Positions 1 through 10,205 of a stretch of 64,000 nt of DNA are shown piece by piece; positions within the stretch are counted from its first letter, which is position 1, and each line of letters starts with the position of its first letter. The stretch is from an uncultured delta proteobacterium. GTDB lineage: Bacteria > Myxococcota > B64-G9. Under the pieces are notes generated by a model. That model was not told the DNA's origin. It ran no database searches and saw only the letters and a program-made list of their open reading frames with translations. Where the stretch lies: contig CAVWHX010000001.1 in NCBI GenBank assembly GCA_963754925.1, forward strand, positions 32,001 to 96,000, in the 5' to 3' direction. Both the position numbers and the translations under genes were made by a program.

Positions 1-517
1 AGGCTGCTTGAGTTGCGTTGCTTCCCGGCTTGTTCAGCGGGGGCGACTCTGCCTTGACCAGGACGCCGTTTGCGTCGAGGGAGCCGGTGGCGGTATTGTC
101 GAACAAGCTCTGTAATAGTTCTTGCCCTTCTTTTTCGGCAGAAGACGGACTGGGTGTATCTAGTGAATACGCATCGTTAAAGAGATCGCCCGCAACCGAA
201 GGTTCGATCGAGGGAGACGCGTCGTCTAACGACAGCACCGGCAAATCGCGGTCGGTATCCTTAACGGAATCGAACAACGTGGTTGGATCAACCAGCTCGG
301 CCTCAGGGAGCTCGTCTTCATGGGATGGCGCGACAACAGACGGCTCATCGCTGCCGAGTTCTTGGGTGCGCGACATGCTCTGTTCGCGATTGCCCAATTG
401 ATCCGTGAGAAAGGAAAGCCGTTCAGCGTCGGATGCAGTGAAACCGAAACCCGAACGTTTCTTTGCCTGAAGAATAGTGAGTTCACGCTGGAGTTTATTC
501 CTTTCAGTTGTTCTCAT
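1..517 (-). CDS. Hypothetical acidic, low-complexity protein; N-terminal part only, runs off the window start
   Basis: Manually translated open frame from ATG at 517 (MRTTERNKLQRELTILQAKK...) with no stop before base 1; absent from the ORF track because it lacks a stop. Confidence 0.7.
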   Translation of the reverse strand, partial: MRTTERNKLQRELTILQAKKRSGFGFTASDAERLSFLTDQLGNREQSMSRTQELGSDEPSVVAPSHEDELPEAELVDPTTLFDSVKDTDRDLPVLSLDDASPSIEPSVAGDLFNDAYSLDTPSPSSAEKEGQELLQSLFDNTATGSLDANGVLVKAESPPLNKPGSNATQAA

Positions 518-658
518 ACGTTGCTCGCCTCGACAATTTAAGAGCAGATGATGCGCCCGCCAGCGGACTTCCTGATGATAGCTCTCGGGATTTGTTTGAG
601 CAACTTCTTGTAAGGAAAAGCTTTGACACGCGCGGCCGCGCAGCGGGATGATGCCGGT

Positions 659-1666
659 ATGGCGGATAAGCGTATTCTGATTATCCGAACAGGCGGGCTG
701 GGCGATACCCTGCTCCTGTGGCCCGCGGTCGTTGCCATTCGTCGGCGATTTCCAGACGCACAGATTGAAGTTATGGGCTATCGCGAACGCTGCGCTTTGC
801 TCAAGGCGACCGTTGGGGCAAACGGAGCGCTGGATATTGAGGGCTCAGGGTACCATCATCTCCTCGACATCCGCGGCACGCTGCCGCCCGAGGTATGCGC
901 TCGTTTTGGGGCGTACGATGTCGTGGTAGCCTTCGCGGCCCCCGGCGATTTTGTCTTGGCTGAAAACCTCTCGGCCTGCGGCACCCGCGAGGTTCACGCC
1001 TTTTTGCCGTTTCCATCATCGGGTGAGTCGATCCATGTCGCTACGCATTGCCAACGCTGTGTTTTGGAGGCTGATCTCGGCCTGGATGGTCCAGAACTTC
1101 TCATCCCGATCAGCGATACCGAACGTGCGACCGGGAATGAGATTCTGACCCGAACCGGCATGCCGAAAGATAGGCTTGCGTTGATTGCCCCCGGCAGTGG
1201 CTCGGCGCAAAAGAACTGGCCAACGGTACGGTTTGCCGCGTTATATAAAGCCTTGCAGGTCGAGGGGTACGAGCCGGTTTTACTGGAAGGGCCGGCTGAT
1301 CGTGAGGCGGTCCAGAACGTTGCTCATTACTTGAGCGATTATACCGTTTCGGTGCTCAGCGAGCTTATGCCGTTGGAATTAAAATCCGTGCTAGCACATG
1401 CGCGTCTCTACATCGGCAACGACGCCGGTCCTACCCATTTGGCCGCGTTGCTGGGCGTACCAACGGTCGCAATCTTCGGACCCAGCGACCCGGTGCTATG
1501 GCAGCCACTTGGTTCAACAACGGCATTGGTGTCGGGCGCGGTTTCCTGCGCGCCGTGTACGCACGAGGTCATGCACCGCTGCGATGATGGCTCGTGCCTT
1601 GAAAAGGTGAGTCTCAATCAGGTGCTGGCCGCGTGCCGCCGCGTATGGTCGGCGCGGCCTGCGTAG
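659..1666 (+). CDS. Glycosyltransferase family 9 (ADP-heptose:LPS heptosyltransferase-like)
   Basis: RILIIRTGGLGD N-terminus, PGSG..KNWP, GNDAGPTHLAALLGVPTVAIFGP, C-terminal CAPC...C. Confidence 0.9.
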   Translation: MADKRILIIRTGGLGDTLLLWPAVVAIRRRFPDAQIEVMGYRERCALLKATVGANGALDIEGSGYHHLLDIRGTLPPEVCARFGAYDVVVAFAAPGDFVLAENLSACGTREVHAFLPFPSSGESIHVATHCQRCVLEADLGLDGPELLIPISDTERATGNEILTRTGMPKDRLALIAPGSGSAQKNWPTVRFAALYKALQVEGYEPVLLEGPADREAVQNVAHYLSDYTVSVLSELMPLELKSVLAHARLYIGNDAGPTHLAALLGVPTVAIFGPSDPVLWQPLGSTTALVSGAVSCAPCTHEVMHRCDDGSCLEKVSLNQVLAACRRVWSARPA

Positions 1667-1672
1667 CACGGT

Positions 1673-2038
1673 TCAGGTATCTTTTTTCGGGGTGGGCTTT
1701 TCTGCGGACGGTAACACCACGAGATTCGACTTGTCGGTCTTGAACTGAAGGCCCGCTTGATTATGCCCGACTTCTTCAATCGAGAGAATGGTATAGATTG
1801 ACAGGTGCAGGCTGCGGGTGTTCTCGAGCCGTTTCTTGAGGTTTTCCTCGTCAGGGTTTACCACCAAGGAATTCGAGTCAAAGACGAAGTCGCTGATGCG
1901 AATGAAACTCAGACCCAACGGAGAATCGTCCACCTTGTTAACCTTAATAGATATGGTTTTTTGTTCAATCGGGTCTCGATACGAAACCACAAAATATTTT
2001 CTGGTTTGTTTGTCGTTCACCGTCATGGGCTCCCTCAT
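1673..2038 (-). CDS. DUF1820-like small protein
   Basis: 121 aa; FIRISDFVF...VVNPDEENLK...SLHLSIYTILSIEEV resembles DUF1820. Confidence 0.65.
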   Translation of the reverse strand: MREPMTVNDKQTRKYFVVSYRDPIEQKTISIKVNKVDDSPLGLSFIRISDFVFDSNSLVVNPDEENLKKRLENTRSLHLSIYTILSIEEVGHNQAGLQFKTDKSNLVVLPSAEKPTPKKDT

Positions 2039-2200
2039 TCGTGTTTAAGACTTACGATACAATACGAGTGGATGTCAAAGGTCGGCGCGATGGTTTGGCC
2101 CCGAACGTGCCAGCTCGCGTGACCGATGGTTAATTAAATTGCAGCAAAACGGTACTGTGATACTAAATTCTTATGTCTCGAACGCGTTGAGAAAGAAAGG

Positions 2201-3046
2201 ATGGTTGCGATGAAAAAGCTCCATATAGCTTGTATCGGCGCCGGAAATATGGGCAGTGCGTTTATACGGGGGTTGTTGCGTTCGCGGCATTTCTCGCCGG
2301 CGCAGATCTGCGCGGCTGACCGTAACGAGAACAAGCTCAAGCAGCTTGCCCATGAGCTGAAGATTCGCACGAGAACCGATAATGCGGACACGGTCAAGAA
2401 CGCCGATGTGGTGTTGCTCGCGGTCAAACCGCAGATCCTAGATAAAGTGCTTGTCGAACTGCGGGGAAAATTGGGACCTGAGGTATTAGTGTTGTCTATT
2501 GCTGCCGGCTTTCCCACCGGGTTGGTCGAGCGTGTCCTCAAGAATCAACCACGCGTGGTACGCGCCATGCCGAACATAGCCGCCGCGGTCGGGGCCTCGG
2601 CGACTGCCCTGTGCCGCGGCCAGTATGCTCGGCGTTCGGATCTGCAGCTGGCCCGGCGGCTGTTTGAATTCTGCGGCATGGTGACCGAAGTGGACGAGGG
2701 GCTGATGGATGCGGTCACCGGGCTCAGCGGCAGCGGTCCGATGTATGTTTTCATCATCATTGAAGCGCTCTCTGACGCCGGCGTGAGGATGGGTTTGGCC
2801 CGTGAAACAGCAAGTGCGCTGGCGATTCAAACGGTCCTTGGCTCTGCCCGCATGGTGCAGGAGACCAAGCTACATCCGATATTTCTGAAGGATTTAGTCA
2901 CTTCTCCGGGAGGAACATCCATCAATGCGCTCTACAGCATCGAGAAGACCGGCTTGCGCGCGGTCTTGATGGATGCTGTCGAGACCGCCACCCGCCGCAG
3001 CCACGAGCTCGGCCAGCCGTACTGCACTACTGATCAAAAAGATTAG
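2201..3046 (+). CDS. proC: Pyrroline-5-carboxylate reductase
   Basis: IGAGNMG, LAVKPQ, SIAAG, RAMPN, TGLSGSGP, VTSPGGTS motifs. Confidence 0.97.
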   Translation: MVAMKKLHIACIGAGNMGSAFIRGLLRSRHFSPAQICAADRNENKLKQLAHELKIRTRTDNADTVKNADVVLLAVKPQILDKVLVELRGKLGPEVLVLSIAAGFPTGLVERVLKNQPRVVRAMPNIAAAVGASATALCRGQYARRSDLQLARRLFEFCGMVTEVDEGLMDAVTGLSGSGPMYVFIIIEALSDAGVRMGLARETASALAIQTVLGSARMVQETKLHPIFLKDLVTSPGGTSINALYSIEKTGLRAVLMDAVETATRRSHELGQPYCTTDQKD

Positions 3047-3054
3047 GGGCGCCC

Positions 3055-4665
3055 TCACTTAAGATTCCTTAACTCGCGACGTAAAACTTTACCCACCGCG
3101 CTCTTGGGTAAGGTGTCCATGAACCGAATGGATTTCGGTATCTTAAAGGTCGGCAAATGTTGCCGGCAGAAACCCAGGATTTCTTCTTCAGTGGCGGCGC
3201 CAGGCGTTTTGAGGACGACAAACGCTTTTACCACCTCGCCGTAGACCGGATCGGGAATACCGATAACCCCCGCCTCAAGGACCTCCGGATGTTGGTGCAG
3301 AATATTTTCGATCTCTTTCGGGTAGATATTCTCTCCTCCGCGGATGATGAGATCCTTTTTGCGCTCGGTAAGGTAAAGATAGCCGTCTTCGTCCGCATAC
3401 CCGATATCACCCGTATGGAGCCAGCCGTTGCGGAGGGCCTCCGCTGTTTCCTTAGGCTTCTTCCAGTAGCCCTTCATCACGCCGGGGCCTTTAATGACGA
3501 TCTCTCCTACCTGACCTGTTGGCGCTTCGCGGTCGTTATCGTCAACTATCTTGATGGTGTTGCATTTCTGGTAACATTTTCCTATGGAACCGTATTTAGG
3601 TGGCCGCCTGCCGGCGATATTCCCACAATTGACCGTGGTTGCTTCGCTCAGACCGTACCCTTCCCAGATATCGATACCGTATTTTTCCCGCCACTGACGG
3701 GCGACTTCCAACGGCATGGGTGCGGATCCGCAGATACAGGTCTTCAGCGACGTTAGATGATACCTCGAGGCGTCGGGATGGTTCAGCATCTGAATAAACA
3801 TAGTCGGCACACCACGAAAATCGGTAACCTTATGCTGTTCTATGGATTTCATTGCCTCTTCAGGGTCAAAACGACTGAGCATGACTAATTTCCCCCCGGT
3901 CAGGTACTCCAGATTGACTGCAAACACGCCGTAGCCGTGAAAGAGGGGCAGGGCGATGAGCGAAACCCGTTGTCGGCAGACGCCAAAAATTTCACCTTTA
4001 TTTTCGGCTTCGTTAGCCAGCCCGCCATTCTGCTCATGTATAATGCCCTTAGCGGAAACGCCCCAGGCGTCAAGCAACACCACATCATAATAACCAGTTA
4101 CATGGGTGTACCAGTTGAAGTGGGTCAGCATGACGCCTTTCGGGTTTCCGGTGGTGCCCGCGGTGTATATAATCACCGCCGTATCGTCATTATCCGTATC
4201 TTCAATAGATAGCGTGTCAGGTTCCCGCTCGACGATGCTGCTGTATGGCAGCGCTTCCTTCGGGATGGAGTCCCCGACCATGATCATGTGTTTTAGGTCG
4301 GGCGATTCCCTTCGGGCTTCCCTGATGACGTCGGTGTAGTTTGAATCACTAATCAAGACCGATAAGCCTGCATCGCGGTACAGGTAAGACAGCTCGTGCG
4401 CCCGTAGGGACGGGTTGATCGGCACCACGATCGCCCCGATTTTGAACGTTGCGAAAAATGCTTGAATAAGCTGTGGACAATTGAGCAGCTGAACGCCCAC
4501 CCGGTCGCCCCGTTTGATTCCTAGTTTTTTCAGGGCATTGCCCAATTGGTTGGCACTGCGGTTCATTGCAACATTGGTTTGCCACGTACCTGCATAGTGG
4601 ACAAACTCATATTCGCCGAACCTGAGGATATTATCGTCCGCAAAACGCCCAATGTTCATGGTCAT
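3055..4665 (-). CDS. Long-chain acyl-CoA ligase / AMP-dependent synthetase
   Basis: YTAGTTGNPKG P-loop, EGYGLSE, GWLHTGD, RKKDLIIRGGENIYP, PKSAVGK; AAGGA RBS before ATG 4665. Confidence 0.92.
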   Translation of the reverse strand: MTMNIGRFADDNILRFGEYEFVHYAGTWQTNVAMNRSANQLGNALKKLGIKRGDRVGVQLLNCPQLIQAFFATFKIGAIVVPINPSLRAHELSYLYRDAGLSVLISDSNYTDVIREARRESPDLKHMIMVGDSIPKEALPYSSIVEREPDTLSIEDTDNDDTAVIIYTAGTTGNPKGVMLTHFNWYTHVTGYYDVVLLDAWGVSAKGIIHEQNGGLANEAENKGEIFGVCRQRVSLIALPLFHGYGVFAVNLEYLTGGKLVMLSRFDPEEAMKSIEQHKVTDFRGVPTMFIQMLNHPDASRYHLTSLKTCICGSAPMPLEVARQWREKYGIDIWEGYGLSEATTVNCGNIAGRRPPKYGSIGKCYQKCNTIKIVDDNDREAPTGQVGEIVIKGPGVMKGYWKKPKETAEALRNGWLHTGDIGYADEDGYLYLTERKKDLIIRGGENIYPKEIENILHQHPEVLEAGVIGIPDPVYGEVVKAFVVLKTPGAATEEEILGFCRQHLPTFKIPKSIRFMDTLPKSAVGKVLRRELRNLK

Positions 4666-4678
4666 GTTTCCTTGCGTA

Positions 4679-7600
4679 CTAATGACCAAGGGGATGAGCG
4701 CTCGAAGAGCGCTTCAATCGCTTGAGCAGATTGCGCGCGCTCTCGAATGACGAGTAGATCGCCGGGACCACCAACAGGGTCAGCATGGTCGAGGTGATAA
4801 GTCCGCCGATCACCGCCACGCCCATCGGGCGGCGGATCTCCGAGCCTTCGCCCAACCCCAGGGCCACGGGGAACATGCCGAATATCATCGCGAAGCTGGT
4901 CATTAAGATCGGGCGTAACCGTACCGCGCCCGCCTCGATCAGCGCCTCGCGCACGGCAAGGCCGCCACTCCGGCGCTGATTGGCGTTGTCCACTAACAGA
5001 ATGGCGTTTTTGGTGACCAAGCCCATGAGCATGATCAGGCCGATGAAACTGATCATTGAGAGCGATTGTTGCGTCAGCAACAGGGCGCCGAACGCGCCGA
5101 TGATCGAAAGCGGCAGGGACATCATGATGGTGAAGGGATGCAGGAAGCTTTCGAACTGCGCCGCGAGCACCATGAAAATCATGATGATCGCCAGGATCAA
5201 AGCCTGGGTCATACTCTCGAACGACTCCTTCATGATCTCGCCTTGTCCTGAGAATTTCATCTGTACCGCTTTCGGGACGATTGTTTCAGCTTCTTGGGAG
5301 ACTATCTTCTGAGCAGAGCCGAGAGCGATGCCCTGCAAATTTCCGAGAATGGTTACCTGACGGATACGATCCTCGCGATCGAGTTGCGCCGCGGCGTCCT
5401 CGGTGGTGGGCGTCACCAACTCGCCCAATTCCACCAAATTGCCCGCCGGTCCCCGCAGGGGGATGCTGAGCACCGCCTGACGGCTGTTTTTATAGCTTTC
5501 AGGGGCCTTGACGATTACTTTATAACGGTCCGGGCCATCGCGAAACTGGGACGTATCGGTTCCCTGAATCGCCGTGCGCACGGTCATGGCCACCTGGGCA
5601 GGGCTTAAGCCCGCGGCCGAAATTTTATCACGATCTATCTTGAAGCCATATTGAGGCCTCGATCCGCGATCCGAGATGGTCAGGTCGACGATCGTCGGGT
5701 GCTTCTTCAACGCCTTGACTAGTTTTTGCGCTGTCCTACGAAGCTCGACGGAGTTGTCGCCGCGTAGCTGAATGTTCAGCGGCCGAGCCATATATTCGGC
5801 ACCGGCGGTGCCGATAGCAGCTTGGGTTACTGAAATATCTTCTTTCGGGAATTGCTTGGCGAAAAGATCGCGCATAGCGGCGCTGATCTCTTCCTGGCCG
5901 CGGGCGCGCTGCTTTTTAGATGACAGCTTCACATACAATTTGCCTTCGTTGACCTTTTGCTTGGAGCCGGCGCCTATGGTCGCCAATTGGTATTGTACTT
6001 CGGGAATATTTTTCGCGATGAGTTGGCGGATTTGTTCGCCACGGGCATAGGTTGCCTCGATGCTGGTGCCCTCGGGCATGGAGAAGTCCACATCGAGTTC
6101 GCCGCGGTCCATCTTCGGTTGAAACTCGGTTGGGATATACCTTGCGAGGAACAAGGCTACGATGAGTGTAATGATCCCGGTCGAGATGGTGAAAAATCGG
6201 TGATGGAGCACCCAGCCGATGGTCGCACGGTAGCCGCGATCGAGGGCCGCGAGTCCTCTGCCGATGAACAGGTAGATCTTTCCCGGATTATGGTGCCCGA
6301 GCAACTGCGAGGCGCCCATGGGAGTAAGGGTAAATGACACAAACAATGAAACCATCACCGCAAAGGCAACAGTGAGACCAAATTCATAGAAGAAGCGGCC
6401 GACAATGCCCTTCATGAAAGCCACCGGGACGAAAACTGCTACTATCGATAGGGTGGTAGCCATTACCGCCAAGCCGATCTCGCCAGTTGCGTCCTTGGCC
6501 GCTTGCACCGGAGACTTGCCCATTTCAATATGGCGGTAGATATTTTCAATGACCACGATAGCGTCATCGATCAGCATGCCGATCGATAGCGATAGTGCGA
6601 GTAAGGTGAGGTTGTTTATGGTGAAGTTGAGCAGCCGCATGAAAGCAAAGGTGGCGATGACCGATGTGGGCAACGCCAGAGCGCTGATAAAGGTGGCACG
6701 GCCGTCTCGTAAAAAGAACAATATCACCATCACAGCGAGGATGGCGCCCAATATCAAGTCCTCGATCACTTGGTCGACCGATTGGCGGGTGAATCTCGAA
6801 ACGTCTTGTGCCACTTTCAATTTAAAACCCGCCGGCAGGTCGAGCTTTTCGTGTTCTACCGCATCGATGACTGCCTCGGCGACCGCGACGCTATTGGCGT
6901 CGGATTGCTTGCGCACGGAAAGGGTGAGCGCGCGCTCTCCGTCAAAGGCGGCGAGGGTCCGAGCCTCTTCGGAGGTGTCCTCCACGGTCGCTACGTCCAT
7001 CAGTCGAACGGGCGCCCCCTGGGGACTCGCGATTACCAGTTTGCGAAGTTCGTCGAGATCTTCGGCCTCGCCGTGGGTTTTGAGCAACAATTCTTGATTG
7101 CCGATGGTTAGCCTACCGCCGGGAACGTCCATGTTGCCGTACGCCACTGCCTGTTGGACGTCGGACAGCGCCATGTGGTAGTTGCGAAGCCGCGTTGGAT
7201 CCACTTGAATGTGGATCTCGCGCTCTTGTTTCCCAAGGATGTCGATCATCCCGACACCGTTGATTTGTTGCAGCTTGGTGCGGGCTTTCTTGTCGGCCAC
7301 GTAGGACATACGCGCGATGCTGGTGTTGGGCGGCCCGGTTAGGACCAGGGCCACGACCGGGGCCGCAAGGACATCAAGCTTTTGGATAACCGGTGTCTCG
7401 GCGTCGGTAGGCAGGTCGCGCTGAATCTTGGCGATCTGATCGCGAACGTCCTGAACCGCGCGATCGGCATTAACATTGAGCTCGAACTCAAGAAACACCA
7501 TGCCATAGCTCTCGACCGCCGAGGAGGTTAGTTTCTTCAATCCTGATATTGTTGAGGTTGCGTCTTCGATTGGTTCTAAGACGCGATTTTCCACCACGTC

Positions 7601-7768
7601 CGGGTCCGCCCCGGGGTAGACTACCGTAACGGTGACATAGGGAGTCTCAACCTTGGGCATCATATCAACGCCAAGGTTAATATAGCCAATCGCTCCAAAG
7701 AGGATCAGAACGGCTGTGATGATGACGGTAAAAACCGGCCGACGAACTGAAACATCCGAGAGTATCAC
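4679..7768 (-). CDS. RND efflux permease, AcrB/HAE1 family
   Basis: 1029 aa; IGMLIDDAIVVIENI, GLVTKNAILLVD, RLRPILMT. Confidence 0.95.
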   Translation of the reverse strand: MILSDVSVRRPVFTVIITAVLILFGAIGYINLGVDMMPKVETPYVTVTVVYPGADPDVVENRVLEPIEDATSTISGLKKLTSSAVESYGMVFLEFELNVNADRAVQDVRDQIAKIQRDLPTDAETPVIQKLDVLAAPVVALVLTGPPNTSIARMSYVADKKARTKLQQINGVGMIDILGKQEREIHIQVDPTRLRNYHMALSDVQQAVAYGNMDVPGGRLTIGNQELLLKTHGEAEDLDELRKLVIASPQGAPVRLMDVATVEDTSEEARTLAAFDGERALTLSVRKQSDANSVAVAEAVIDAVEHEKLDLPAGFKLKVAQDVSRFTRQSVDQVIEDLILGAILAVMVILFFLRDGRATFISALALPTSVIATFAFMRLLNFTINNLTLLALSLSIGMLIDDAIVVIENIYRHIEMGKSPVQAAKDATGEIGLAVMATTLSIVAVFVPVAFMKGIVGRFFYEFGLTVAFAVMVSLFVSFTLTPMGASQLLGHHNPGKIYLFIGRGLAALDRGYRATIGWVLHHRFFTISTGIITLIVALFLARYIPTEFQPKMDRGELDVDFSMPEGTSIEATYARGEQIRQLIAKNIPEVQYQLATIGAGSKQKVNEGKLYVKLSSKKQRARGQEEISAAMRDLFAKQFPKEDISVTQAAIGTAGAEYMARPLNIQLRGDNSVELRRTAQKLVKALKKHPTIVDLTISDRGSRPQYGFKIDRDKISAAGLSPAQVAMTVRTAIQGTDTSQFRDGPDRYKVIVKAPESYKNSRQAVLSIPLRGPAGNLVELGELVTPTTEDAAAQLDREDRIRQVTILGNLQGIALGSAQKIVSQEAETIVPKAVQMKFSGQGEIMKESFESMTQALILAIIMIFMVLAAQFESFLHPFTIMMSLPLSIIGAFGALLLTQQSLSMISFIGLIMLMGLVTKNAILLVDNANQRRSGGLAVREALIEAGAVRLRPILMTSFAMIFGMFPVALGLGEGSEIRRPMGVAVIGGLITSTMLTLLVVPAIYSSFESARNLLKRLKRSSSAHPLGH

Positions 7769-7842
7769 TACGTACCTCCACGTAGGAGTCTGAAAATCCC
7801 CTGCCGATCGATGGGTATGTTAAGGTGGTGCATTATGGAATA

Positions 7843-8829
7843 TTAGGGAACATTGGCTATGGGGGTTTCAGCAACGCCAACGGGAGCGCCATCGTCGGCG
7901 GGAATCGTCGGGAAACGTACCTGGGCGTACAACCCGGCCGGCAACGTATGGTCACGATTGTTGATACGGATTATTGCCTCGGCCGAACGCGTAACCGGAT
8001 CAACTACTTCGGATATTCGGTCTATCTTCGCTGGACGGTCGAAGTTCATAGCTGGAAGAACCACGGAGACCGGCATTCCGAGCTTAATCTGGCCGAGTCT
8101 GCGTTCCGGTATAGGCACCGTTACCTCAAGAATGTCGGTGTCAACCAAGGCGAATGTCATCGTCGGCGGCATGGTTGTGATCATCTGGCCCTCTTCGGAG
8201 ATTACCTTGGTGATGACGCCGGAGAAAGGAGCGCGTAGGTTGGTGTCGGCGAGCGCCTGCTTGGCCGTGCGCAGTCCCACATCGGACGCCTGAGCCTGCA
8301 GCTCGGCCAATCGCACCGCAAGCTGGGCCTTTTCCAGGGTGGTGCTCGCTACTGCCGAGGCCGTATGCAGTTGCTCGGCTCGAACGAGGTCGTTTTTGGC
8401 ATTGTTGAGGGCTTCCGTGGCTTGCTTGGCGGCTATCTCGGCCGACTCCACCCGTAGAACAATGTCGGTTGTGTCGATGACGCCCAGCACCTCTCCTGCA
8501 ACCACCCGTTGGCCCTCGCGCGCTTTAATCGAACGAAGAATGCCGCTTATTTTGGATGAAAGTACCGACGTCCGCATGGCCTTGGCGATGCCAGAAAGTT
8601 GATAGACTCCCGGGTGCGGAGGGGTTTCCTTCGATATTTTCGTATCTTCAGTTTTCTCTACGCTCGAAGATGGCGCCGGGGACTGGGTCGTGGCCTCCGT
8701 GTCGGTCTGAGCCGTAATGTGTTGTTCTTCCATCGCTTTTGAGCTGTTGCAACCCGGTAAAAAAGCTAGGCTTATGAGGCAACTAAAGATGATGTTAGCA
8801 TAACGCAGCATTCCAAACCTCCGGAACAT
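7843..8829 (-). CDS. RND membrane fusion (periplasmic adaptor) lipoprotein
   Basis: Lipobox-like FLPGC, EGQRVVAGEVL, coiled coil, LRAPFSGVI, VDPVTRS, LPAGLYA; upstream of the RND permease. Confidence 0.92.
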   Translation of the reverse strand: MFRRFGMLRYANIIFSCLISLAFLPGCNSSKAMEEQHITAQTDTEATTQSPAPSSSVEKTEDTKISKETPPHPGVYQLSGIAKAMRTSVLSSKISGILRSIKAREGQRVVAGEVLGVIDTTDIVLRVESAEIAAKQATEALNNAKNDLVRAEQLHTASAVASTTLEKAQLAVRLAELQAQASDVGLRTAKQALADTNLRAPFSGVITKVISEEGQMITTMPPTMTFALVDTDILEVTVPIPERRLGQIKLGMPVSVVLPAMNFDRPAKIDRISEVVDPVTRSAEAIIRINNRDHTLPAGLYAQVRFPTIPADDGAPVGVAETPIANVP

Positions 8830-8968
8830 ACATCTACCTTCTTAGAATACAATCGGCGCGTCATCCAATTGCTTTAGATGAAAAAAATGTCCCACTCGAC
8901 GCTTGCTTCCTTTTAGGAATCGACCTGCTCGATCGCGTACATTTTATACGGAGCATCAAAGCAATATC

Positions 8969-9003
8969 TGCTATCAATTAGCATGGAAAGACGTTTTTGT
9001 CAA
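8969..9003 (-). promoter_or_regulatory. Sigma70-type promoter with overlapping palindromic operator for the RND operon
   Basis: Minus strand TTGACA-17 nt-TAATTG; palindrome TGCTA-N5-TAGCA (8969-8983) overlaps the -10. Confidence 0.5.
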
Positions 9004-9044
9004 TGAAGCCTCTGTGGTTAATAATAGGTTGGGTTAATAAGGTG

Positions 9045-9992
9045 TTATGCGTTCTGAGGTGGCATTTCTCCAGATCCACGAACCAAATAAACAATGGTCG
9101 ATACCAGTGCCACTGGTATCACATGCAACATATGATAAACGAGCGCGAAAGCTAAGGCGCTTGTTTGGTCTATCCCCTGCAGCATCAATGCCGCGACCGC
9201 TCCGACTTCGAAAGTGCCGAGATTGGCGGGCGGACCAGGAATGGCGATGGCAGAGTTAATCCCCACCAACACATACAATGCGTTTGCTATTTCCCAGGGC
9301 AATCCCATGGCGTAAAAGGTAAGGAGCAACATTCCTATCTCAACCGTCCAGCCGGCGAACGATAGCATGGTCATCAAAAGTATCTTTCGCCGGGTTAATG
9401 CGGATAATGCGGTGCGGAATCCGGCGCTGAGGCGGCCCGAAGATTTCAATTTAGGCAATATCCGGCGCCTGGATATGAGCAGCATGAGATAGATTATCAC
9501 GAGCAATCCAGCAAGCGCCCCAAACCAGGGCGGAACTAATCCGGTTAAGCTTGAAAGCGCGATTAACAACGCCAAAACAGAGTATTCTGTAAGGCGCTCG
9601 GCCAACACAGAACCTAGGTTGGTAAGAAATGTTGCGTTGGTGCGATGCAATCTGGCTGAGCGAACAAATTCTCCAGAAGAAAAACCAATCGCAATATTTG
9701 CCAAAAAACCCTCTAATAGAGCAGCAATTATTTGAATGAGGGGAGGGGGATTTGCCAGAGCCACCTTCCAGCGCAATGCCTTTGCCGGTATATACAACGC
9801 AAAGTTCATTATTATGGCGATAATCAGCGGCCAGACGATCAGGGTCGGCAGATCCGCTTCCCAGGGGCGCTCGCGAAAAATAAAAATTCCTAGTAACAGC
9901 AATGGCAAAAAGCGTAACGGAAGCAACCAAAAGCGCCGATTACCCCCGGAGAATACATTAGTATATTTCAATAACGCGCTCCTTACTGACAC
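9045..9992 (-). CDS. Lysylphosphatidylglycerol synthase TM-region / flippase-like membrane protein (UPF0104-like)
   Basis: Multi-TM; ALRWK, SSGEFVRS, SVLAERLTE, IPGPPANLGTFE; true start may be TTG at 9971 after AAGGAG. Confidence 0.8.
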   Translation of the reverse strand: MSVRSALLKYTNVFSGGNRRFWLLPLRFLPLLLLGIFIFRERPWEADLPTLIVWPLIIAIIMNFALYIPAKALRWKVALANPPPLIQIIAALLEGFLANIAIGFSSGEFVRSARLHRTNATFLTNLGSVLAERLTEYSVLALLIALSSLTGLVPPWFGALAGLLVIIYLMLLISRRRILPKLKSSGRLSAGFRTALSALTRRKILLMTMLSFAGWTVEIGMLLLTFYAMGLPWEIANALYVLVGINSAIAIPGPPANLGTFEVGAVAALMLQGIDQTSALAFALVYHMLHVIPVALVSTIVYLVRGSGEMPPQNA

Positions 9993-10205
9993 TGACGTTG
10001 TCGAAGGTATAGCTTAAGGCGCTTGCTTACAAGAATTCGTTTAGAGTTACTGGTTCTGTAACTGGTTAATTTTTGAAATTTCATTTTGGGAGCATCGATA
10101 CGCAAGAAAGCATCCAGCTTTTTAGAAGGCGATAGTTTCCAGTAAGTTGAGGAGATAAAGAATGTATGCTAACTTATATCGTAAGGCAGCGTACGTTATC
10201 AGACA

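Noticed and set aside
18..401. Ser-rich 127-aa plus-strand ORF
   Set aside because: Antisense shadow of the acidic minus-strand gene starting at 517
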